Source: an uncultured Acidimicrobiia bacterium (GTDB lineage: Bacteria > Acidobacteriota > Terriglobia > Versatilivoradales > Versatilivoraceae). From it: a stretch of DNA of 64,000 bases. Position numbers and translations under genes: made by a program. This document shows, piece by piece, positions 39,120 to 48,872 of this stretch (the stretch's first letter is position 1; each line of letters begins with the position of its first letter). Under the pieces are notes generated by a model, which saw only the letters and a program-made list of their open reading frames with translations, ran no database searches and was not told the DNA's origin. The stretch covers positions 32,001 through 96,000 of the forward strand of contig CAWBAT010000005.1 of the NCBI GenBank assembly GCA_963786955.1, read 5' to 3'.

Positions 39120-40517
39120 ATGATCAGAATTTTGATTGTCGATGATGAAGAAGCGGCACGTTACGGTATCCGTCGTGCCCTTGAAAACAAAACGATGGAA
39201 CTATTGGAGGCCTCCAGCGCCGAACAAGCACGGGATGTCATCAAGAACTGTCGTCCCCATATTATGCTCACTGACATCAATATGCCCGGTGAGGACGGCC
39301 TGTCTTTGCTTCACAGCTTGAAAGACGATCCTCAGAAGCCACTGTCTCTCATGGTTACAGCGTTCGGCAGCGTTAAAGTGGCCGTCGAAGCCATGAAAGC
39401 GGGGGCTTATGATTATGTCGTGAAACCATTCGAAATCGATGAGCTGCGATTGGTTGTCGACAGGGCCGTTGAGAGGGTTCGACTTGAAATTGAGAATCAA
39501 CAACTCAAAAAGCAAATCCTTTCCGAGGGTAATTTCGGTCGAATGATTGGGAAGTGTGCCCGGATGCAGCAACTTTTTGAGACCGCAAACCAAGTGGCAG
39601 CGAGTGATGTAACTGTCCTGATCTATGGTGAAAGTGGCACGGGAAAGGAGTTACTGGCAAAGGAGATTCATGATCGCAGTCCCAGGAAGAAAGGACCATT
39701 CGTCGCAGTCAATTGCGCGGCGCTTCCAGAAGCGCTGATCGAAAGTGAGTTGTTTGGACATGAACGGGGTGCCTTCACCGGTGCTCAGGACTTAAGAAGA
39801 GGGAAATTTGAATTGGCTCACGGAGGAACGATCTTCCTCGACGAGATTGGAGATATGAACCCACTCACTCAAGCCAAAGTTCTGCGCACCCTTGAAGAGA
39901 GAAGAGTTGAGCGGCTCGGAGGGAGCCAATCCATACCGGTCGATGTCCGTATCATTAGCGCAACTCATAAGAATTTAACAACAGAGGTCAACGACGGAAG
40001 ATTTCGCCAGGACCTTTATTACCGCTTGAAAGTTCTCACCTTTGAAATTCCACCTTTGCGGCAACGGCGGGAGGATTTGCCGATTCTGATCCAGACTTTT
40101 CTCGATTTGTATTCGGCACGTCACAAGAAAGACCCGGTCCGCCTGACTTCAGAGTCCTTGGGATACTTGAAGGAGTATGACTGGCCAGGCAATGTCCGTG
40201 AACTCAGAAACATCATTGAGGGATGTGTTGTTTTGAACCGCTCGGGGGAAATCGAGGCCGTGGATTTGCCCCAGGAACTTTTGAAGAACAGACCCGATCA
40301 AAGACCGATGGGAGCTATGGACAAGGATCACTCCAGTGTCGAAGGGCTCTTCACGTTACCCTATAAAGAAGCGAAACGCGAGTTTGAGGGACGCTATATC
40401 ACCGCAAGGCTTCAGGGGAATCGGGGGAATATCAGTCGCACAGCGGCTCAGGTTGGTCTACACCGTCAAAGTCTGCAGCAAAAATTGCGCGAACTCGGAA
40501 TCCAAAGAGGAGAGTGA
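39120..40517 (+). CDS. Sigma54-dependent NtrC/AtoC-family response regulator
   Basis: MIRILIVDDE receiver, GESGTGKE, ELFGHERGAFTGA, FLDEIG, WPGNVREL and a Fis HTH. Start placed at ATG 39120. Confidence 0.95.
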   Translation: MIRILIVDDEEAARYGIRRALENKTMELLEASSAEQARDVIKNCRPHIMLTDINMPGEDGLSLLHSLKDDPQKPLSLMVTAFGSVKVAVEAMKAGAYDYVVKPFEIDELRLVVDRAVERVRLEIENQQLKKQILSEGNFGRMIGKCARMQQLFETANQVAASDVTVLIYGESGTGKELLAKEIHDRSPRKKGPFVAVNCAALPEALIESELFGHERGAFTGAQDLRRGKFELAHGGTIFLDEIGDMNPLTQAKVLRTLEERRVERLGGSQSIPVDVRIISATHKNLTTEVNDGRFRQDLYYRLKVLTFEIPPLRQRREDLPILIQTFLDLYSARHKKDPVRLTSESLGYLKEYDWPGNVRELRNIIEGCVVLNRSGEIEAVDLPQELLKNRPDQRPMGAMDKDHSSVEGLFTLPYKEAKREFEGRYITARLQGNRGNISRTAAQVGLHRQSLQQKLRELGIQRGE

Positions 40518-41680
40518 TATTGAACGATTGCCTTCGAAGACATCTGATCGTTTCCTTGAGTATTCTCTTCGGTTGTTGGCTATGCTCGAGCCAGCTTGTC
40601 GCAGATTCCCATCCTTTCGAGATGACTCCCGAAACGGCCCAGATTCTGCATAACGGTCTTAATCGGATGTACCAATACGACCTGAAAGAAGCAGACAATC
40701 TTTTTGACGACCTCATTCGGCGTTTCCCCGAACATCCGATCGGCTATATGCACAAGGCTGAGTTGGCCTGGTGGAAAGCTTTGATGGACACCAAAGATGA
40801 AGGGCTCAAAGAAACGTTTCGCCGTTTTAATGAACAGGCGTTGCTCAAAGGGGAAGAGAGCTTGGCTCGGAATCCCAAAGATTTCTATGCCCTGCTTTAC
40901 CTCGCAGGGACCTATGGCAATCAGACAAGATTCAATGTTTATATTACGAGAAGTTATTTTGGCGCTATGTCGTCAGGGCTAAAGGGGTATAAATATATCA
41001 AGTCGGCACACAGCCTCAGACCGAGCTATGTCGATTGTCTGATCGGGCTAGGTGCATACAACTACTTTGCAGGGGCCGTTCCTCTGGTCATTAAGCCCTT
41101 TGTCGGGATGTTCAGTGCTCCAGGCAACAAGACCGAAGGCATTAAGCAGTTGGAGCGGGTAGCAGCAAAAGGCGAATTCGGCCAAATTGAAGCGAGAACC
41201 GTGCTGCTTGGCATTTATTTGAACGAAAAAAGTTGGGGGCGGTATCAGAAAATCTTAAGGCAATTAATCGCAGAGTTCCCTTCAAATCCTGTCTTCTATG
41301 CTTGGCTAGCGGTCCCTTTCATCACGCAAAAGCGATGGAGTGAAGGAATCCAGCAGTTTTCAGAATTGATCGATCAAAGCAGCTCCAACAGCGCGCGGGC
41401 AGGCCAGGGTTACGCTTTTTACCAGAAGGGACGTCTCGAACTCGAGAAGGGAGATCTAGCGAGCGCGATCAAGAGCTTCAGCCGGATTCTCGATAGGCCA
41501 TCGAATGATGATAATCTGCTCGCCCGAACTCTCTTATTGCGGGCTTATGCCAATGATCTCTTAGGAAACCGGGATTCGGCTTTGGCAGACTATCATGCAA
41601 CGATTGGTCTGCCCAATGTGGAAGACACGCATCGAAAAGCTCAACAATTCTTGAGCAGTCCCTACCTCGGACCACATTAG
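40514..41680 (+). CDS. Secreted tetratricopeptide-repeat protein
   Basis: Signal peptide, helical TPR-like repeats and a GLGAYNYF motif. Confidence 0.7.
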   Translation: MILNDCLRRHLIVSLSILFGCWLCSSQLVADSHPFEMTPETAQILHNGLNRMYQYDLKEADNLFDDLIRRFPEHPIGYMHKAELAWWKALMDTKDEGLKETFRRFNEQALLKGEESLARNPKDFYALLYLAGTYGNQTRFNVYITRSYFGAMSSGLKGYKYIKSAHSLRPSYVDCLIGLGAYNYFAGAVPLVIKPFVGMFSAPGNKTEGIKQLERVAAKGEFGQIEARTVLLGIYLNEKSWGRYQKILRQLIAEFPSNPVFYAWLAVPFITQKRWSEGIQQFSELIDQSSSNSARAGQGYAFYQKGRLELEKGDLASAIKSFSRILDRPSNDDNLLARTLLLRAYANDLLGNRDSALADYHATIGLPNVEDTHRKAQQFLSSPYLGPH

Positions 41681-41793
41681 AGACTGCCTTCTGAAGTTTG
41701 CTGACAGACTAGATCTAAGAGATACTGGAGGAAGTTATTCAGTCTACTTCACAATCAGGAGAAGAGAAGCTTCCTCTGTTCTCAAAAGGGGTA

Positions 41794-42660
41794 ATGATCT
41801 TCAACCCTCATGCTGGTGGAATGCGGGGAGGGAGCAGGAAAGTCGAGTTCATTTCAGATGCGCTCAGAGCACTGGGTATTAAGCTGCAGTTGCTTTCTAC
41901 TCGCGCACCAGGGGATGCAACGATTCTGGCACGAAGGTTGGTTGAGTCGGAATGCCAACTCGTCGTGGCGTGCGGGGGTGATGGCACGATTAATGAAATC
42001 ATTGGCGGAATGGCTGGGAGCCACGTGCCCCTCATGATTTTCCCGGGCGGTACAGCCAATGTGCTAGCCAATGAGATCGGTTTGCCCAAAGACATCAGAC
42101 ACTGCGTCCAGTTGCTTTGTACAGGAAGTCTGCGTCGAGTTTCGCTGGGGAAAGCCGGTGCTCGCCACTTTGCCGCGATGGCAGGCATCGGTGTTGACGC
42201 CGGAGTGGTTGAGGCAGTGAATCCCGCTTTGAAGCGGAAGATAGGGCAAGGAGCTTTCTGGTTGGCAGGTTTTCAACAACTGGCCCGATATCATTTTCTT
42301 CCCTTTGAAATACAGGTGGACGGACACTCTCATTCTTGTACATTTGCGATCATCAGCAAGTCTAGATGGTACGCTAGCCGGTTTCAACTCACCCCTCGCG
42401 CCAGTTTGTTTTCTGATACTTTCGAAATCTGCTTGTTCCACAGCACGAACCGCTGGCGGTACCTCACCTATTTGCTCTATTCGAGTTTTGGTAAACATGA
42501 GTTTCTACAGGACGTGACGATTCTTCAAGGAAAGAACATCAAGGCCGTTGGACCCGACCAGGTCATGGTTCAGGTTGATGGGGAGCTTATTGGAACCCTT
42601 CCACAGGAGTTCCAGATTCAAGAAGATGCACTCACACTAATCATGCCCAGCGACCTCTAA
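41794..42660 (+). CDS. Diacylglycerol/lipid kinase family protein (YegS/DgkB)
   Basis: NPHAG, GGDGTINE, PGGTANVLA and QVDGE. Confidence 0.92.
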   Translation: MIFNPHAGGMRGGSRKVEFISDALRALGIKLQLLSTRAPGDATILARRLVESECQLVVACGGDGTINEIIGGMAGSHVPLMIFPGGTANVLANEIGLPKDIRHCVQLLCTGSLRRVSLGKAGARHFAAMAGIGVDAGVVEAVNPALKRKIGQGAFWLAGFQQLARYHFLPFEIQVDGHSHSCTFAIISKSRWYASRFQLTPRASLFSDTFEICLFHSTNRWRYLTYLLYSSFGKHEFLQDVTILQGKNIKAVGPDQVMVQVDGELIGTLPQEFQIQEDALTLIMPSDL

Positions 42661-42829
42661 TACAAATGTAATCAATAATGTTCCAAAACCGGCGCGCGCC
42701 CCCCCTCAGGTCCCCGGTTCATACAGCACAAGGGGGGAAGCAAGTACCTCATTGTCCCCCATAGCACAAGGGGGGACTTTAGGGGTGTGAAGAATTAGTG
42801 GCAAACATCAAATAGTGCGACTGCATTAG
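42657..42829. repeat. Dispersed repeat family A (C-run/G-run hairpin + GGCAAA...CTGCATTAG tail), copy 1
   Basis: Shares GGGGGGACT...AATTA..GGCAAA...CTGCATTAG with 60297-60365 and 63868-63942. The left end CTAATACAA is an imperfect inverse of CTGCATTAG. Confidence 0.7.
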
Positions 42830-42849
42830 GAAAAGACACAAAGCCTCTA

Positions 42850-44337
42850 ATGAAGCTGAAAATATTGTTTTTTTTCATGGCCACCTTTTTATTATGGCTA
42901 ACCTTGGCAATCGTGAGGTGGGGGCAGCCTTTCCCCTGGCAGGTCATTCTTGCCGATCGAATCGATCGCAACCAGGACGGGAACGTTGATTGCTGGCGTC
43001 TTAAGGATACCAAGAGCGGTGAAACCATCATTGAAAATGACACCAATTCTGATGGCCGTGTCGACCAAATCCAGTGGGGGAATCCCCATGGAAGAGTTGT
43101 CGACCTCTCCGACACCGCGACGAGTGATACGAGGCGGAAGAAGCTGATCGTTTGTCTCGATGGGGTCCCTTATGAGGATATGGCTTATCTATGGGATCAT
43201 GGTTACTTTCGTGAATTTTCCCGGCCCGGTAAGCTCATTAGCGTATTCCCATCATTGAGCGACGTCGCCATAACGAATGTTTTGCACACAGCACCTGTAC
43301 CGGGTTATGAGAATCTTTATTTTGACATTGCCAAAAACAAAATTGGCGGGGGGGCATTCAGCACGGTGTCCAAAATTCGGATGCCTTATCTCGACGCTCT
43401 CGATTATGACGAACCAGGTATCTTCAAAGGGTTGGCTTATATTCTTCCCCTTAAGACCTATCATGCCGATTTAGGCCGATTCTCCAAAAGGCTCGCTGAG
43501 AAAGAGTTCCTGACTTTCAAGTCACACATCTGCTCTACCGATGCCATCTGTCATGTTCTAACCCGGGAGGCGTTTCTGAATTACATGGTCGAAACTGACC
43601 GCATGCTGAGGGAAATTTTTGTTCGTTATCATGGCAACTTAGACTTTTTGGTTTTTTCAGACCATGGTAATAGTCATGTCACAAATCATCGTGTAGACCT
43701 GGATGGATACCTAGCCCAGTTCGGTTTTCGAATCGAGTCTTCTATTCGAGATGAATGGAGCGTAGCGATCCCAAAGTTCGGCCTCGTGGGAGCGATGCCG
43801 GTTTATTCGCAGAGCCAGAATACGAAGCGACTGAGCCAAGTCCTGGCCGATTCCGAAGCAGTCGATTTCGTTGCTTATCTGGATGATGGGAAAGTGCGCC
43901 TGTTATCTTCGAAAGGGGAAGCGCTGATCCGTGCAACGGGTGAAGGAAATCGGCTGCGGTATGAAGTGCTCAAAGGAGACCCTCTTGACCTCAAGCCAAT
44001 AGTCGAGCAAATGACTCAGCGTGGTGTCATCGAATCCGATGGATATGCATCCCGAGAGAATTGGTTTTCCTACACGGCAGAACATGAATACGCGGATGCC
44101 TTGAACGCCCTTTATTCTGGCGTCACGAACCATGTCACGAACCGGGCAAGCCTGATTGTGAGTTTTAAAGACGGTTATCATTATGGCAGCCCTTTCTTTA
44201 ATAGACTCGTAACCATGCGCTCGACTCATGGAAACCTTCGCAAGAGTTCCATGACAGGATTTTATATGCGCAACGGCCCGATGCCGCAGAAAGTCATGGC
44301 TGCCCGGGACCTTTTGAGAGAAGAAATTGTACGATGA
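42850..44337 (+). CDS. Alkaline phosphatase / nucleotide pyrophosphatase-family protein with N-terminal EF-hand-like repeats
   Basis: N-terminal TM helix, DRNQDGNVD and DTNSDGRVD loops, and LDGVP, FPSLS, FSDHG and STHG metal/nucleophile motifs. Confidence 0.75.
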   Translation: MKLKILFFFMATFLLWLTLAIVRWGQPFPWQVILADRIDRNQDGNVDCWRLKDTKSGETIIENDTNSDGRVDQIQWGNPHGRVVDLSDTATSDTRRKKLIVCLDGVPYEDMAYLWDHGYFREFSRPGKLISVFPSLSDVAITNVLHTAPVPGYENLYFDIAKNKIGGGAFSTVSKIRMPYLDALDYDEPGIFKGLAYILPLKTYHADLGRFSKRLAEKEFLTFKSHICSTDAICHVLTREAFLNYMVETDRMLREIFVRYHGNLDFLVFSDHGNSHVTNHRVDLDGYLAQFGFRIESSIRDEWSVAIPKFGLVGAMPVYSQSQNTKRLSQVLADSEAVDFVAYLDDGKVRLLSSKGEALIRATGEGNRLRYEVLKGDPLDLKPIVEQMTQRGVIESDGYASRENWFSYTAEHEYADALNALYSGVTNHVTNRASLIVSFKDGYHYGSPFFNRLVTMRSTHGNLRKSSMTGFYMRNGPMPQKVMAARDLLREEIVR

Positions 44338-44491
44338 AAAACTTTTTCACCCCACCGAGAAATCCTGGTGGGCGTCTCCAAGTATAGCGGGCGCTTTCAT
44401 CGGCGGTCTCGGCGAAATAGTCCTACCTGAAAGCCGTAGCGGGGCGAGCTGTTTATCCCCCGGGTGGCGCACATTGGTTCGCAACTTAGTA

Positions 44492-45373
44492 TCAATCTTC
44501 TTTGAGCTTGACGTCTGCAGTAAACCTTCTAAATTCACGGAACTCAATCAAGTTACGAGAACTCAATCGATTCTGGTTTTCTCGAATCACGAGTTCCGCC
44601 GCTATGGGAAGAAGAAAGGACTGATTTTCCAATCCGGCTATGGCCCTATAACCATACTCAGTCGTGGTTTCTGAGTAGAGAATTGGAAAGTTTCTGGGGA
44701 GTTGGAGTGTATGTTGACTGATTCTGAGAATGCTCCGATTTCGTGCATCAACCCAAATCCTTCCCTGATAGGCCACCTTGAGTGAATATGAGTTCTTGTA
44801 GGATATTGTCCAGGCAGAACTTTCCCGAGGCACTGAGAATCCAATGACTACAGTCTGAACCCCTCGGAACTGCTCCTCTCCTTCTTTCCTAAATTTCGCC
44901 TGAGTTTCGGGAATGAAGAGTGAACGCAAGATACTGCCAAATTCCCCGATCGAAATCACATTACCAAGCGATTCAAAACGCTTGGTAACCGGCCTTCCAT
45001 TAATCTTGATGTTGGAGTAATTCTCCTGCTTTTGGTTATAGCCCAATTCGGATTCCACAATGTCCTGGCTTTGCCATTGATTGCCCCCAAGAGGATCCTT
45101 AAAGCGACGGGTGATCTGCCGGCAAATAAAATCTGGCAGATCGTCGGTGAACTGCAGCGCTCTCTTCCGGACATCGTTTAAGAAAGCATTCCATTCCGTT
45201 GTCTGAGCTTCCGCCGTGTTTGTTGCAAGGCGTGGCAGTTCCTGCGGAGATAAGAGGAGGAAAGCAAACAGATTAATCTGCTGTACCCCACAAATAAAAA
45301 AGGTTCTCAAGAATCTAGAAAGGAAATGTTGGGGTGTCGGGATATGAAGCGGCGGCTGTTGTCCTGGTTTCAT
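44492..45373 (-). CDS. Conserved hypothetical exported protein
   Basis: LPDFICRQITRR, SIGEFGSIL, GRIWVD and NLIEFREFRRF pattern in a long intact ORF; start uncertain. Confidence 0.7.
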   Translation of the reverse strand: MKPGQQPPLHIPTPQHFLSRFLRTFFICGVQQINLFAFLLLSPQELPRLATNTAEAQTTEWNAFLNDVRKRALQFTDDLPDFICRQITRRFKDPLGGNQWQSQDIVESELGYNQKQENYSNIKINGRPVTKRFESLGNVISIGEFGSILRSLFIPETQAKFRKEGEEQFRGVQTVVIGFSVPRESSAWTISYKNSYSLKVAYQGRIWVDARNRSILRISQHTLQLPRNFPILYSETTTEYGYRAIAGLENQSFLLPIAAELVIRENQNRLSSRNLIEFREFRRFTADVKLKED

Positions 45374-45507
45374 ACAATCGCAAACAAATAGTAGCGCCGT
45401 TTGACTCTGGGGTTTCTGGTTAGCCCTCTTGGGGAACTGTCTGTTTCTACAGCCGCAGAGTTAGAAAGCAACTCTGCGCTACGGTTATGGGACCGGGAAC
45501 ATGGGTG

Positions 45508-46218
45508 TTATGGGCAGGGACTCTGCCAAAGCGCGTGGCCAACAAAAAAAGGTCCGAGAGATTGGATAAATTCGGAGGTTTGGCGAGTCTTACGCATGGT
45601 CTGGACAATGTGTGAAAGGGGGTGAAGGTCCTTGCCAATTAGGCCAATCAAAAAATCGTTGTCGTGCGCATCCAGCCCGTGAGAAGCCAGTCGGATGTCG
45701 TGGGCGAGGTCGGCATCCCCGTAAGCTCTTCCTATTGTGCCATGTTCCTTCAAAATGCCGCCTTGCTCTTGAGGGGTTAACTTTGCGAAAGTTCCCGAGC
45801 GTCGCAGGGGATACCAAATAGCCCAGGGCCAAGAAGGATTCAGAGCCGTTCGCCGCGGTTTGTGCAAGAGCCAGTCTGCCAGATCCGGTTCATATCCGGA
45901 AGAGTAGGAGCGACCCATCATCGTGAATTCTAATTTTTGACTCAGGCTGCGGAAAGGGTCTGTATTCACAAGGTCCCTTAGGGTCGTTACAAAGAAGACG
46001 GGATCCTCGTGCATTGTGAGGAGCCCAACCCCTCGAGGATCGTTCACGTCCTGGTAGAGTACCGCCTGCGTGTGCCGCTGCTCCAGGGTTGAGGCCAGCT
46101 TTCCTGAATCCAAGCAGCCCCCAAATACTTGAAGTTGCATGAAAAGGCGACGGTCCAGTACTTGTTGGTTTGCACCGCGCTCTTGAACGTCCGTCTGACT
46201 TTCCAAAGTCTGAGACAT
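45508..46218 (-). CDS. Chlorite dismutase / coproheme decarboxylase (Cld/ChdC) family heme protein
   Basis: WYPLRR...EHGTIG proximal His region, HGLD..DNDF, MRKT..TS and GPFFVG. Confidence 0.85.
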   Translation of the reverse strand: MSQTLESQTDVQERGANQQVLDRRLFMQLQVFGGCLDSGKLASTLEQRHTQAVLYQDVNDPRGVGLLTMHEDPVFFVTTLRDLVNTDPFRSLSQKLEFTMMGRSYSSGYEPDLADWLLHKPRRTALNPSWPWAIWYPLRRSGTFAKLTPQEQGGILKEHGTIGRAYGDADLAHDIRLASHGLDAHDNDFLIGLIGKDLHPLSHIVQTMRKTRQTSEFIQSLGPFFVGHALWQSPCP

Positions 46219-46235
46219 AAGGTGTCCTTTTTCCT

Positions 46236-46376
46236 CTAGGATCTCGTTTTTTGACCCAACCGTTCTTGGACTTGAGTTAAATCTTCCTGAACCCGGCGTT
46301 GCCGTTGGGAGAGGCTAAAAATGTAGCCGAATAGTAAAATCCAAATCGCTGAGTACGCGGCAAACAAATAATTCAT
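46236..46376 (-). CDS. ccmD: Heme exporter protein CcmD (not in ORF track)
   Basis: Manual translation MNYLFAAYSAIWILLFGYIFSLSQRQRRVQEDLTQVQERLGQKTRS (46 aa); overlaps the ccmC stop. Confidence 0.85.
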   Translation of the reverse strand: MNYLFAAYSAIWILLFGYIFSLSQRQRRVQEDLTQVQERLGQKTRS

Positions 46377-47089
46377 AAGGTCCCCCTTCTTTGGGTTTCT
46401 AATTGTCGCTGCAAGGCTTCAACGGCCTCTTGTGAACTCTCCAGATCAGTCCGAATTCTCCACAAGTAGAAATACAAGAAAGTAAATGCGGCGAGTGAGA
46501 GAAAGAAAGCGATTTTCATATGGGGATCGAGTCCCGAACCCTGGCCTCCTGCCATGACCGGGGAAGGATGCTGTGTCCGCCACCAGCGATTAGACATGTA
46601 AACAATCGGGACATCTATCGCCCCAAGGATTCCGAAAATGGCCGACAACCTGGCCCGTTGTTCCGGAGCCTCGATCAGGCGTCGAAGCATGATGTAGCCC
46701 ATATAGATCAGCCAAAGGACGAACATCGACGTTAGCCGCGGGTCCCAAGTCCACCAAATTCCCCATACGGGTTTCGCCCAGAGGGGCCCAGTGACCAGCA
46801 CGATGGTGGCGAAAATAGCGCCGACTTCGGCAGCGGCGGCCGCCTTAATGTCCATCTTTCGCGTTCCTGTTATTAAGAAAAGAGCGCTATAAACAAAAAC
46901 GGAAAGGATGGCCAGGAAACAGATCCAGGCTGAAGAAACGTGGAAATAGAAGATCCTTTGCACGTCGCCCATGGAAGCCTCGGTAGGCGCGTAGAGAAAA
47001 ATTGCGTAGATGGCGCAGAGCATCGTAACAAAGGTTAAGAGTGCCAGGACTTTCTGTGATTTCACTTCAGCCTCCTTCAGAAAAGTCAT
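46373..47089 (-). CDS. ccmC: Heme exporter protein CcmC
   Basis: RIFYFHV, WWD motif WAKPVWGIWWTWDPRLT and WWRTQHP. Confidence 0.95.
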   Translation of the reverse strand: MTFLKEAEVKSQKVLALLTFVTMLCAIYAIFLYAPTEASMGDVQRIFYFHVSSAWICFLAILSVFVYSALFLITGTRKMDIKAAAAAEVGAIFATIVLVTGPLWAKPVWGIWWTWDPRLTSMFVLWLIYMGYIMLRRLIEAPEQRARLSAIFGILGAIDVPIVYMSNRWWRTQHPSPVMAGGQGSGLDPHMKIAFFLSLAAFTFLYFYLWRIRTDLESSQEAVEALQRQLETQRRGTL

Positions 47090-47193
47090 CCCCCCATTCC
47101 ATGTGCACGGGCGATGGCCGGGAGCCAATTCTCCAATGACGCACCCCAAAGCCGAAGGGTCACTCTGGTTGATCCCCTCCAGTTTCTCATTTT

Positions 47194-47871
47194 TTATTCC
47201 TCTAATACAAAATCAAATAGAAGGAAAGGGAGGGTCACGAAGATCACATTGTAGACTACAAGAAATCTCAACCAGAATCCTAACGCTTCGCCTGGGGGAT
47301 CCGTAAAGACCGCGGCGGTGGATTCCACTGCCCCAACAACGGCTGGCAAAACGACGGGAATGAGCAACACTGGTAGCATGACCTCACTCATCCGGGTGTT
47401 CATGGCAATAGCGGACAGAATGGTGCCCACGGAGACAAAGGCGAGAGTCCCCAGAAGGGTAATCAGCGACAACCAGCCAATCCTTGGCAACAAATCAAAG
47501 TTAAAAAACAATGCGAAACAGAGAAGAATAACGCCGTCTGCGATCAGCATGAAAACTAAGTTGGCCAACATCTTACCTAAGAAAATAGTGCCCCAGCCTG
47601 TTGGAGCCATCAGCAAACCCTGCAGGGAATCGTTCTCCCTCTCTCCGGCAAAAGATCGATTCAATCCCAGTATCCCAGCAAAAATAAAGGTCATCCAGAG
47701 AAGTCCAGGACCGAATCTTTCCGTTTCCTGGCCATCCGGTTCAAAAGCAAAGTGAAACATCAAGATGACCAGCAGCCCAAACATCAACATAGACGTCAAG
47801 GCATCCTTTGTCCGGTATTCGATCAGGACATCTTTCCAGAAGATGGTAAACGATTGGCTAAGAAATTTCAC
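47194..47871 (-). CDS. ccmB: Heme exporter protein CcmB
   Basis: WKDVLIEYRT, FAGEREND.LQGL and LPVLLIP. Confidence 0.95.
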   Translation of the reverse strand: MKFLSQSFTIFWKDVLIEYRTKDALTSMLMFGLLVILMFHFAFEPDGQETERFGPGLLWMTFIFAGILGLNRSFAGERENDSLQGLLMAPTGWGTIFLGKMLANLVFMLIADGVILLCFALFFNFDLLPRIGWLSLITLLGTLAFVSVGTILSAIAMNTRMSEVMLPVLLIPVVLPAVVGAVESTAAVFTDPPGEALGFWLRFLVVYNVIFVTLPFLLFDFVLEE

Positions 47872-48595
47872 GTGGGCGCTCTCTTAGGAATCTCTTGTAT
47901 TTTTCGCGAACCGAAGCATAGCCTTCCCTCATTTCCTCCACAATCCTCCCGTGCTCAACGATGGCCCACCGCCCTGCGCCATCCAGGCCTTGTTCCAAAT
48001 CGTGCGTTGCCATGATTACCGTTTTTTGATTCCCTACAAAATCCTTAAGCCACTCCCCCAACAACTCAGCGGCTTCGAAATCCAGGCCCGCGAACGGCTC
48101 ATCCAGTAGCAAGATTTCCGGACCGTGAAGAACGGCTCTCGCTATCGCCAGCCGTTGCTGCATTCCTCGAGAAAACCCACCTATTTGACGATGAGCCTGC
48201 TTCTCGAGCCCAACCCAGTGCAATGTTTCCTGGATGCGGCCCTCAGGATGCCGCATTTGATACAGCTTGGCGAAAAATAAGAGGTTCTCGAAGGCGGTTA
48301 AATGACGATAGAGAAAGCTGCTATGGGCCACAAATCCGAGACGAGAACGGATTTTTTCGGGATTCTTGAGCACGTCGATTCCGCACACGTACACTCTGCC
48401 TACATTAGGTTTAACAATTCTAGCGATTACCCGAAGTAAGGTGGATTTTCCCGCCCCGTTTCGCCCCAGAAAAACGACGAAATCTCCTGGATGAACAGTC
48501 AGGCTAACTCCCTGAAGAGCGACCGTATGCCCGAACCATTTCTCGACGTGTTCAACCTGAACGCAGGGCTGTGCCTGATGATTTGGAGATTTCAT
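47858..48595 (-). CDS. ccmA: Heme ABC exporter ATP-binding protein CcmA
   Basis: GRNGAGKST, FSRGMQQR and LLLDEP; directly upstream of ccmB. Confidence 0.9.
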   Translation of the reverse strand: MKSPNHQAQPCVQVEHVEKWFGHTVALQGVSLTVHPGDFVVFLGRNGAGKSTLLRVIARIVKPNVGRVYVCGIDVLKNPEKIRSRLGFVAHSSFLYRHLTAFENLLFFAKLYQMRHPEGRIQETLHWVGLEKQAHRQIGGFSRGMQQRLAIARAVLHGPEILLLDEPFAGLDFEAAELLGEWLKDFVGNQKTVIMATHDLEQGLDGAGRWAIVEHGRIVEEMREGYASVREKYKRFLRERPREIS

Positions 48596-48627
48596 GGAAA
48601 AAATGTTTGTCCGCTAAGTCCAAAGGG

Positions 48628-48761
48628 TAGCCACGATCAATCCCAAGGGGATTGATCGTGGGCCTTTTCAATCAGGTAGAATTTACTTGGACAAATAAGA
48701 TCTAAAATGCGGATACCTAAAACCTACGATGAACGAAGAAATCGCTTTCATCGTGGCTACC
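48628..48761. repeat. GTAG-type REP doublet in inverted orientation
   Basis: GTAGCCACGATCAATCCC..GGGATTGATCGTGG followed by the inverse CTACGATGAA...TTCATCGTGGCTAC. Confidence 0.7.
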
Positions 48762-48872
48762 AGAATATGTATATGCCGAGACTTGCCGGACAGCCAAATG
48801 TTTTCCGTATATGAACGCGCCAAATCCCTGGGGAATTGAAGATTTCTGCATGCGGAGTCCAATATCTCCTCT

